Source: an uncultured Candidatus Saccharibacteria bacterium | GTDB lineage: Bacteria > Patescibacteriota > Minisyncoccia > Phycocordibacterales > Phycocordibacteraceae | Length of the DNA stretch: 64,000 nucleotides | Reading direction: 5' to 3' | Assembly (NCBI GenBank): GCA_964546795.1 | Contig: CAZJKG010000004.1 | Location: 18,994 to 82,993, forward strand | Shown: positions 44,517-56,500 of the stretch, piece by piece | Numbering within the stretch: the stretch's first letter is position 1 | Layout of the letters: the number at the start of each line of letters is the position of its first letter | Made by a program: the position numbers and the translations under genes | The notes under the pieces: model-generated | The model's input: the letters and a program-made list of their open reading frames with translations, nothing else | Told to the model about the DNA's origin: nothing | Databases searched by the model: none

Positions 44517-47500
44517 TTAATGGGAGATTTCTCTGAACTTCGGAGGCCCCGACAATACCTTCACCGTGAGCGGTACGTCAACCGATCTCGTGATGCCTGC
44601 CGCAAGGCCGGTGACGCGCACGACGTATGTTGTAGCGGGGTCAAGCGTTGCGCCTGCGGCAAAGTGTAGCACGGGGACGGTGCCGACTGCGTATTCTTCG
44701 GGAGAGAAGGAGTCCTTCTCGAGGGTGACAGTGACTCCCTCGACCGCGGGGACGAGCTCGGTAGAAAGAACAATCGTCGTGGCGAAGCCGCCTTGCGCGA
44801 TTCCCCATACACGCACGTCCTTCGGCACCACGGACGTCGTACCGCCGGAACGAGAGACCTCAAAGAGTCCTTCGGAGCGTAGGAGGTAATTCGATTCTAT
44901 GACCGATACGGTAACTGCGTCATCCACTGTGCCGGTTTGATTTGAACAGGTCAACGTATACGTGGCCGTTTCCTGCAGATTCGAAATCGTCTCGGTGAAG
45001 GTGCCGTTGGCGGTCTTTGCGCCAGACCAGCTGCCGGAGGCGAGACAGCTGTCTGCATTTTCAGAAGTCCAGGTTAGGATTATTGATTCTCCTTGGTTTA
45101 TTGTCGTTTGATTGGCAGAGAGAGTTACTGTCGGGAGTACGGATGGCGGAGGAATAATGGATTCGCATGAAGTATTATCGGCGCTTTGTATGAATCCTGG
45201 GTTGCAAGTCCACCCTAGATAATATGTAGTGTCATTGCATGAGCCCGCAGGAGATGAGGAACAGAATTGCTGTCCCACAAAAGAGGAGTTTGCGGGCTTC
45301 ATCGTGACCGCTCCAGATGGTTTGACAATATTGCACAGATTGAAACATTGGTCTGTCACGGTCACTATAGGTGCCGTACTGGGGATATTAGGAATATCTT
45401 GAATAAAGGAATAAGGAGGCGCATACTGAAGTGAAGATGGCTCAGTAGTATCTACTATTGGTGCCGGACCAAGATAATCAAGTTGCTGATCTCCAGAAAC
45501 ATAACCAATGAAAGCCGCCGCTACAGTACCAGTTACATAACCAGGGAGAGCTAACCCGACAAGGCTAGCACCGCGCTGGAGATTGAGTGAGATGGTCGTC
45601 TGGTCCACTACAGAGTTTATTGCGAGACCGGTAGCTTCAGCACCAAATCTTATAGCTTTATTATGATCGGATTCGAGACAACCACAGAAAAAATTAGTAA
45701 CAGATTTTAACTTAACAATTGTTGATGAAAAGAGTCCTAATTCACTTCGTTCAATCCCCTGGGGCGGATTCCATATTGTGCTTGAATGGAAAGCCACTGC
45801 GCCAACAAAATTTCGATCTATAGCTTGAATTTGCGCATCAATGACACCAAGATCATGTGATAATTGACCAATTCTTGCTTGCAAAAATTCCGGAAAATTA
45901 GGGTCATTAGGGCCCATGACGTCCACGATTTTCTCAAGAACCATGTTAAAATTAAAAGCAGTAAGTGCCTTATCTGCTTCTAGCATAAACCTCCTTATTG
46001 CTAATTGCGCAATATTTAGAGATGTTCTGTCTTCAATTTTGACGCTGTCGACAAGCATCGGGAAGTTTGCTTGTGTTCGATCGGAAAGTTCACGAGCGGC
46101 TTCCGCAGTTAGAGGAGGAAGCTGTTCTGAAAGAACATCTAGTTTTTCTAGTGATGGTGCACTTTCCACGGCATTTATCTCCGAGACCCTGACTTCCAGT
46201 TCGTGAGGCACCTCTTGCGTAGGCGCTAGGCCAAGTTCAGATTTTAATGAAATATTTTGTCTCTCTTCCATCATTTCAGGGGTCACAAGACCTCTTTCCA
46301 AAAGCCAATTGAATTCCAAATCAACTAACTCGTTAGCTGCTACATTACGAGCTACTTTCAAATCTTCTAAGTTTTGTTTTCTTGTGTCCGAAATAGGTAT
46401 ATTGAAGGCCTTCCTGATAGCTGTGCCTGCTTCCGTGTCAGTAATTCGTTGATCGAGGTCCTGAACAAGTGATTTCTTTCCAACTATTTCTAGTGAGAAT
46501 AATTGTTCTGTCGCCTTATCAAACTCTATTGCTCTCAGTTCCGCTTGTTCGGATTTTAATGCGCCAACCCGATCAGAAACATTTATCCTCTCATCATCTG
46601 TAAGCAAGTTATATTTACGACCATATTGTCGGCCCATTGCATTTAATTCATTTCCTATTTCAATCAATCTCGGACCTTCAAGCCCATTCTCCTTAAGCCA
46701 GATGCCCTTCAAAGAATTTGACTCTTTATACAGATTACTCAGATTCTCTTGGACTTCATCAAGTCGTATTTCTAGGTTGATACTAAATTCTCCGCTCCTT
46801 ATCGAATTTATATCCGTTGGGAGTAATGCTGCAGCCAAGGCCTCATTTGCAGCAATCTCCCCGTCTACCTTTAGAATACTTGAGGGGACGCTGTAACGAA
46901 CATTTTGAGAATTGGCATCTGCAAATGCTATCGTTATTAATTCTGCTGCATGAGCATTATTCTCAGTAATTGCAGTTACGTTTTCCACCACAGTATCAGT
47001 TTTTGCACTGTTAAAGCGCAAAGATGTTGCTTGAGGTAGTTCGGCTTTCAAATCCGCAAGTAATAATCCTACGTTTGGATCATAGGGGATTATATGCACA
47101 TCATCAAGAACCGCAAAGTTTTTCCCTTGTGCGTCTTCAACAGAAATCAAGGGTAATAAGCGTGTTACCCCATCCTTACCGGTTTCACCACTGAATTCTG
47201 GAAATAGTATTCGGAAAATCTGACTCTCTGGATTTAATGTCAATCCACCGCCGCAATCTTGAGATACAGCATTAAGGCCTTCGCCAAGCGAGAAACTCCT
47301 TCCTGGTGTTTGTGCAGGCGACAAATCAGATACATCATTAAGAGCCACTCCTCGCGGAACGATTGAACAGAACGTATTTTGCGCTGGAAGTTTATTAACG
47401 GCGACACGGGATATAGTATTTCCCTTTGCAAAAGAAGAGATGGGCGAGAAGAGATTTTCACCTTGTTTCAAAATATCATTTAGTGCAAAGTGTGAGAACG

Positions 47501-50500
47501 AAGTATCTTCCTTTTTCGCAAGACGTATGGCGTCCCAATTTTCAAAGCCAATGCCAGTGGTTCCATTGATATCGGCCGAGAACGCAAAGCGTTCTTTATC
47601 TTCGGAAATGGCTTTCAAGAGAAGTTGGTCGCTGACATCCTTTACTTTAGGATCAATGAGACGAATTCTGTCACCATCGGGATTTTGCGTGCGCGTGATA
47701 AAACCGACATCCACGTGAGTATTCCCTTTTATCCCTCCGTAATCTTTCTCGCCAATGAGTCCGACTTGGGTTAATGCGAAATCAAGCGCGTCTTGGAGCG
47801 GCATCCCAATCGCGGCGTAGAACTTGCTTAACACATTCATAAGGACGCTCGCTTCCACAAACGCAAGGTCTTCGGAGTCCCCAATAATAGGAGATGCTAT
47901 TGTGCCATCGGGATTGACCTGAAGTGTATCGCGTACACTTTTCCACGTATCACTTGTATCATTTTGATCATACACAAAAGAGGGATAAAGCGCGTCATGC
48001 ACCAATTCCGCCATATCGTTCGCGGACTTACTTGCCAAATGGGACTGAGTTAGGAGTATATTACTGCCAAGCTTATCAACTGGCTCAATGAAAGGTTCGA
48101 GATAGGTATTCAAGGTCGAGAGTTTCTTTAGGTAATCAATGTTGAAATCAGGGACGCCATACGTCTGTTGCAATCCGGCAAGCGTAAAGTGCGGGGTCGC
48201 CCAGAATACAAATCCTTCAGGATCGGCAGATGGAGGAAATATAGCGTTAATGGAAGGAGGAATCGAGAAACGTTGAGTTCCTGTTGGTGTGGCGAAGCTC
48301 TGAACCAAGAAATAGGCCCCGAAAATGCCATTGGTGCCGGTTGCGTATGTCCCAAGTGTTACCGGAGAGACCGTATCGGTAGAATCCGTTATTTGTCCTG
48401 CAGTTGCGCCAAGTCCTTTCATAAGTCCGAGGGGCTCAATGAAATACAGCTTGCCGAAAGTATCTTTAAATCCTACGGACGCGTGTCCGGTGCCTGCCCT
48501 ATCGACAATCGGTCCGGCTTTATTGACAAATGCCGACATCGTTCCTACGCGATTTGCGGCATCAGTATTCCCTACGCGCAGGAACAGATTTCGGATCAAA
48601 GCATAAACGAGAATGGCGGAATCATCGCAGTCGCCACCCTTGCGCGCAAGGGTCTGGAACGGCAGCTGGACATTGTCGTAGCGCGCATCAAAACTCGGCG
48701 TATCAAAGAGATAGGTAATTAAATTCAAACTATAGAAATATTTATAGAATTCTTTGATAAGCGCAATCTCGCTTTTCGCCTTTAAATCAACTCCTTTGGC
48801 TGTCATATCTTTCTCAAATTGATCAAGGAGCAAAGCGATTGACGGATCGGTATACGAATTCACTTCATCAAGGGAGAAGAAACCACCTCTTCCGTTATTT
48901 ATCGTCGAGTTGTAGTGGTAGGTCTTGCTGCTATTCGCATCGATAAAAAGACCAGGGCCTTCAAAGGTGGAATCCCATATGTCATGGCGTCGTTCAAACG
49001 CAAGCATGTCATCGTAGCTTGTCGCTCGAAGCATTCGATTGACGCTTGCTACATCCGTCATGTCAATAAATGCCGAGTGCAGGGAACCCATACGCACTGC
49101 GCCGGGCATGATATAAAATCCCTTGAAGTATCCTGTCTGATCCTGACCGGTCCATGCCATCGCCGTCGTCTCAAGATCAAGGTCCGATGTCCATGATTTG
49201 GCCGCCCCCCACGCTCTATATTCAATCGCGTAGATCGCCTGCACCATGCGGCGCGTTGCGTCAAGCCATGCGGTCTGACGCTGAGGGTCCTTAGCGGAGT
49301 CCGTACCGATTGTCTCAAGCCGATTTTTGTAGGATTGCAAAAGATTCTTGGTTACCTGATACAGCGCTTCTTGTTCAGACATACTTACCGGGATGCCGAG
49401 GGATTCAAGGATTTTGATTCCCATATCGCGCTCCACGAATGGGTTCTGGTAGGTGAATTCTTCGGCGGTGTCGGATTGGCCGGGCAGTATTCCCTTCAGT
49501 TTATACCGCACGGTGCGCTTCAGTACTGATTCCTGATTGAAAATCCTGTACGTGGAGACCGTATAGGTTGACGCATCATCGCTGTAGGTATAGCGGTATT
49601 CGGTCCACGGTTTCCCTTCTCCGTCAAAATACCGGATAGTACTTGCCCGCGCCCCGTCAAATACCACTTCCGAAACCAATTCTTCCGCAGGACTGTACCC
49701 CTTGTATGACAACACGGTGAATGCCGCCGTATCGGCGTATTCGTAGACACCTCTACTGAGGAGCGAGCCGTCTGTTTGGTATTTGTCGATTTCGGCGGTT
49801 TTCAGATACCCACTTGGGTGATACGTGTAGCGGGTCTTTGACGTAACGTCGCCTGCGGCACTGTAGAGAAGACGTTCCGCGCCGGAACGCAGCCGCGTGG
49901 GCGTGTAGAAGAACGTATTTTGCGAGCGGAGCTGCGGCGTGTCCCCCGCATAGAGGGGCACCGTGTGGTACACCAATTCATTGTCTTCCAGAGAATACGT
50001 CCGTACGGCCCCCTGGCGGTTCCGCAGAGAAAGACCGACGGTCTCGGAATCATACGTGCCGTTCACGTAATCAATGAGTGTCTTCTCCGACAGTTGTCCG
50101 TTCGTAATTTTTGTCTTGCTGCTTGAAAGGAGCGTGCTGGGGCTCTGCGTTTCGGAGATAATAGTGTTTTCACCGGTCGCTTTGCCGTTTGCATCATAGG
50201 CGGTCTCGGTAAATGAATACTTCGGCTCGGGCGTTTGCGTGTAGGTGCGGACCGACGCGAGCGTACCATCCGCGCCATAGGAATACAGGTGCTTCTCGTA
50301 GCGATTCGCATCGTAATACAGCAAGTCGTCAGAGAGTTGGCCGTCGGGACGATACGTGTAGTTCTTGGACCATTCGTATGCGTTCGTCTGCACATTGAAG
50401 ACGTGGGAATACTGGAGTTTTCCCTGTTCGTCGTAGCGATTATAGCGTTCGCGATCGCCGCGGCGCATGATTTCTTTCCGTATCGTGCCGCTGGGGTAGT

Positions 50501-53500
50501 ACAGCCGGATGTCTTTTTTGGTGACGCCGTCGAGGCCGTAATTAAATTCTTTTTCGGGGCTTCCCTGCTCGCCATAGAACACCTCGCCGGTCTTCGTTGT
50601 GCCGTCCGGAGCGAATATGGTCGTAGAGAGGAGAGAGGAGGTTGAGATATTGTTGCTAGCGTAGGTATTGATAAACGCGACGGTGCCGTCCAGACGGATG
50701 AATGTCTTGGATGCGGGCGCGGCTGATATGGCCGGTTCAGTCGGAGCCGTCAGCGCCGGAGTCGGCAGAAGTTCTATCGATGGGACAAGTTCTCTGAGCG
50801 GCGTCGTTATATCAATGACTGGCGCATCGGCTGGCACATCCGCAAATGCGGCGGTGACGGAGGGGATGCGATTGCGAGTAACTTTTACCGTGCATGATCC
50901 GACTCCCCTACAATCCCCGGTCCATCCGATGAAACGCCCTCTGTTGTTTGCGTAGGAAGCAAGGGTTACTAACTGGTCGTCCGCAAAAAGGCCTTTGCAT
51001 GTTCCCGAGGAACAGGTGATTCCCGAAGGATTTGAGATAACGCTCCCCGAGCCGCGAACCGATACCCGCAATTCAGACACGCCGGACGCAAAGAGAGGTC
51101 TAAAGAGATATGATCTATCCATCTTGAGAGTGCAGAGATCGGTGCTTGGATAACATTCCGATCCGTTCCATCCGATAAACGAGTTTCCTTTTTCAGCGAC
51201 CGGAGTCAGGGTAACGAGCGACCCCACAGGGAATACTGCAGAACACGTCCCCGGACAATCAATGCCGGAAGGAGATGACTTCACGCGCCCTTGTTCTGTA
51301 GTAAGACCTTCTATTGAAATTGAGGGGCGCAGTGTGAAATTGAAAACTGGTCGATTTCCACTAAGGGAACCACATCTATTACCATAACAGTAGTACTCTC
51401 CATTATTAGGGCCATTAAATGCTCCGCCGGCATCAGGATATACCATAACAATCGAAGGTTTACTAAAGCTCGGCGTCGAGCAGACAGGCGGGCAATTAAT
51501 TCCTTTCCCCGTAACATGGCCGCTTCCATTCACCACGACGGAAAAGTCAGACGGTTGTGATCCAGCCCCTCCAATATCAAAAGCGAGCTGCAGATTTTTT
51601 GAGACCTTCACGGTGCATTTCTTGTGCGCCGTTTTCTGTTCCGCGTCTTCCGCACATGGAGAAGGCGTGCTGTACCTATAATTCGAATTGTCCTGTATGT
51701 CCGCCCATGACCATATGACAGTATCGCTGTAGCCGGACCCGGGAAGCATTATAAGCGTTACGTCATTATCCGTTGTAAATGTGGTGCTGCACACTGGGGC
51801 GTCCGATCTAATACCTCCTACTCCTCCAACACCTCCAACACTTCCAACACCTCCTCCCTGCCAACTGCAATTCATTCCCAGCGGATCAGAAATAATGCGC
51901 CCGCTGCTGCCTAGATAAACAACAGATCCGGCGTCCAAACTAAGGGTGCTTACCGTATCACCCCATGCTTCAAGCTCGTCAAGCGCAAAAACAATTGAGC
52001 TATTAAATTCGTCTTTGGCGTCGGGGAAACGCTCCGTCGTTAAACTCCCCGAACCCGTCGCGCGGACGCGCATCTGCGTCACCCCCTCCCACGAACCGAC
52101 CGCTTCAAGCTGTTTTTTTGTATCGGTTGCCTGGCGGGCTATGGGGTTGTTTCTCATCGGACTCTCGTAGGTCGCGACGTCTTTCCAGGCGCCGGACTGG
52201 AACACGGAGAGCGTTATGGTGAAATTCGCGTTGGCGATATAGTTCGGACTTGAGAGGAAGAACATTCCTTCCGTCGGAGCAATGGCTTTAATGCTCTTGA
52301 GCGAAACAGATTTATTGAAATTCACCGTCGCTTCATACGTGAATGAACACGGACTCGATGGAAGCAGGAGACAGAGTCCGTAGTTGCCGACCTGATTGCC
52401 CTGAATGCCGTCTTTGACTCTTGAGAAATTCCTGTAGCGCTCGGAGAATACGGGGTCTGTAGGCATTGACCACGCCGGGCCCGTGAATTGCTGACTGCCG
52501 GTTATCGTTGAGGCGGGATCAAGCACTCGGTTTGGAGCCGACGCTTGATATGTTTTGTCGCTAAAAGATGCAAGGACTTTGAATTCCGAACCTGCCGAAG
52601 GAAACTTGCAGGGACCAAGAGCGGAAAGACATGGTTGCGACCAACCGAGGAATGCTCCTTTTGTCTCAACGGCATCCAAACTCACGGCACCGATATTTCC
52701 GAATTCGGCGGTGCAGCTCACGTTCGGGCAGTCAATGCCCGCCGGAGTGGATACGACGCGGCCGACTCCGTCAAGCGTTACCGAGAGTTTTGTTTTCCCG
52801 AATTTCGCTTTCACGAAACGGTCTTTTGAAAAACTAAAGACGCAGGAAAAATTCGGATATTGCCAGAGTCCGGGTTTATTTTGTGCCGCGTTCCATCCGG
52901 TGCGATAACAGGCATAATCCGATGCTTCCCAGCCCAAAAATACAGAGTCATTCAGTGGGGTCTCGGTAAGATACTGACTCGTAAAGCTGCCGTATTGAGA
53001 ATAAGGAAATAGTGCTCTACAGGTCGGCGGACAGCTAATGCCCGCGGGAACCGATGTTACTTTCCCGTCCCCAACCACCAAGACAGAGATGGAGATCGGT
53101 TCCCCTATTTGGATCGGTTTTGAATATATGTCCAATGTCTTATCCCCGTCCATGGTAATGGTACAGGAGGGGAACGTCGTACCGCTGCATGTTCCGCCCC
53201 ACCCGAGAAATCTTCCTTGAGTACTGACTCCGTCCTGACTGTTATAGCCAAGATTGTATGTAGCGGTTGTAACAGTGCCGGGCGGAAAACGTACTGAGCA
53301 AGTTGATGTCGCTTCAACGCCAGAACCATTATTGAAAGAGCAGCCGTCTAAGGTTCCTGGTTGGAACAGGATGCCGCCAGAAATTGATTCGCCGGGCTTC
53401 AACTTCATGGACAGCGTCAACGTTTTCCCGCTGCCAAAAACGGCTTTCGCTGTTTTATCGCCATCAAGGGTAATGACACACCTACTGAACCAACTCTCAT

Positions 53501-56500
53501 CACCTACACAATCGCCTCCCCAATTGTAAAATGTATCAGATCTGTTATAGGCCCGAAGATCAACGTCGGTTCCCACATTGAATGTGGCACTACAGGTCGG
53601 CGGACAGTCAATACCGCGCGGACCCGAAACATGACCATCTCCTTGAACTTCAATGTTCAACGTCTTGGTTAAGGTTAAATCAAAGTTTGCCGTGACAGAA
53701 GAATCTTGGTTTATCAAAGATATACAGTCAGCGCTATACCCGGTGCAGAATCCGGACCAAGAAGAGAATGATCTTCCGAGAATTGTCAGTGCTTCCGCGT
53801 GTGAACCTCCTTTCGCTGGTGCCTCAAGCATGATTCTTTGATTTTGGGCATATCTTTGCACACAGGTCGTAACTAACGGTTTCTCGGGCGAAGGACAATT
53901 TGTAAGACTTACCTTACCATCTGAATATGCGATTCTCCCGCCTCCAGTGACGTTGATAGTAAGCTTGGGTCCTTGTCCGAATATCACGCTAAAAGATTTA
54001 TTATCATCAACTTTAACGAGACATGCTTGACCCGGTGGAGGAGCAACAAAACACGGCCCTTGTATGGAATTAGAGGATTCTCCCGGATCCGGATATGGTA
54101 CAAGATATAACTGTTCTCCAGGATTGTATTGTGCACTGCAGGTCGGCGGACAATTGATTTCGCTGCCGTGGTAAACACCATTGGACGAAACCTTACCGGG
54201 ACCAGTTACACTGACGGAGATTGTCTTTGTAGGAACCGCCGCAATATTTGCCGTGACGGTTTTGTCCGCATCCATGATGACGAGGCAGGCACTACTGTAT
54301 GGATTACTCTGTGTGCATACGCTTGAAAAGCTCTCTAATTTAAGCCCCGGTTGGGTGAAAGTCGTATAAAGAATGACTTTGGCACCGGGAACAAACTTGT
54401 CTTCGCATTTGTGAGGACACTGTATACTCCCACCTCTACCGTCTGAATATACACGGAATTCTGGGCTATCGGCTCCCGTACCTGTAAGCGACACCTTCAG
54501 TGTCTTTCTCATATCCAGGAAGTTCGCTTCAACCGACTTGCTTGCCTCCATGCTCACCGTGCAGGTGGTCGCGGTGCCAGTGCAGGCGCCGGACCATTCT
54601 TGGAATTGGAACCCCGGAGTCAGACGTACAGTGAGCGTGACGCTGTCGGTTTTGGCAAACCCGAAATGACAATATTTATTATTGTAACGAGTAAGATCGC
54701 AACCATTGCCGTTGGAAAGACCAATATATCCTCCATCCGGGATATTTTGAGAAATTGTCAGTACGGAAAGGTTCGTAAAGGTTGGTTGCAGGCCGATGTC
54801 GTAGAGAGGTGAGGTCGTGACCGTACAAGTTGACAGGGAAGCGTCCGGGCATCCATCAAAGCTGAGTAGAGATATTCCCGGTTTCGGCGTCGCAGTGAGG
54901 TTCACGGATGTGCCGGGGGGAAAATCAAACTCACATGCGGGTGGACAACTGATGCCTTGAGGTGATGAGGTGACACTTCCGGGCGCATTGTCGCCGAGAT
55001 TTCCCACACGGATCTTCCCGACATTCTCAACAAACCAAGGTGTGACGGTAAAGTCGGAGAGGGTTGGCTTGAGCGTACAAGGGTTCAGGTGCCCGACACA
55101 TCCAGGATCGGGACCCCTCCAATCGCGAAACACTTTACCATCGTCTGGAAGCGCGGCGAGGGTGAGCGTCTCGCCGGCGGGCACGCGCACCCTGCATACA
55201 GCGGGCGCGCGGCACTCCTCGGAGGAATCGGCGAGAGTAATGCTACCAAAATTGGTCGGCGTTATGGTGACGAGGCGGTTCGCGGCATTGAATACATTGA
55301 GGTCATAGATATCGGAAAAGATGTCTATGCCTCCTGAAGCGGAACCGGCAGAAACGTTCGCTTGGCCATCGACATGGATCTTCACTCCGCTCACATCCTC
55401 CCACGAGCCGATGATCTCAGGAACCCATCCGCCCATAGTGTCGTCACTCGATGACCGTTCAATGGTACGCACTTCCCTCCACACTCCCCCGATCTTGAGG
55501 GAGGTGGTGATAGTCACCGCTCCTGTGGCTTTGAATCCTCCAGAACCGTTATATCCGTAGTGGATATACTGTCCGCTGTATGTTGACCCTATTTGGCCCA
55601 CCGGAACCGATTGATGGAAATCAAGTTCGGCATCATAGGTGAAGCGGCATGATGTCGGAGTCACGCCCCCGATGGAACAACCTACTCGGTGGCGTGTTTC
55701 ATTCTTGTCATCTGTTATGTCAGCAAAGGTGCCTTCGGTTGATTTGCTGACGGTGATAGTGCCGCTGACGGTGGTTTTCGGGTCGACACTGTAGTTGAGG
55801 ACTGGTGTTGCAAAGGGCGATTTAAATGTCTCTCTTGCGTCCACGAAATTCGCCGTAACCGACTTGCTCGACTCCATGCTGACCGTGCAGGTGGTCGCGG
55901 TGCCGGTGCAGGCGCCGGTCCATTCTTTGAATTTGAAGAACTGGTTCGTATGGGGAAGTGCGGTAATCGTAACGGTAGCGGTCTTGACAAAATCGAAATT
56001 GCAATTTTTATTATTATAACGAGTAAGATCGCAAAAATGGCCGCTGGGAAGACGAACGTATCCTCCATTCGGAATATTTTGAGAAATTGTCAGCACGGAA
56101 AGATTCGTAAATATGGGCTGCATAGAGATGTCGTAGAGAGGTGAGGCCGTGACCGTACAGATTGACAGGGAATAGTCCGGGCATCCATAAAAGGTGAGAA
56201 GAGATGAGCCGGATTTTGGTGTTGCCGTCATGTTCACCGACGTACCGGAAGGGAAATTGAAGGTGCAGGTCGGAGGACACTCAATGCCCGAGGGGGATGA
56301 GGTAGTGATGCCAAGTTCACTACTATAGACCGAGATGCGTCCGACATTGTCGACAAACCATGGATTGACTGTGAGGTCGTAGAGGGTGGGTTTGAGCGTG
56401 CAGGGCTTTGCCGCTCCGACACATCCAGGGTCGGGCCCTCGCCAATCGCGAAGGGTCTTGCCATCGTCCGGAATCGCCGTGAAGGTGATCGTCTCTCCGA

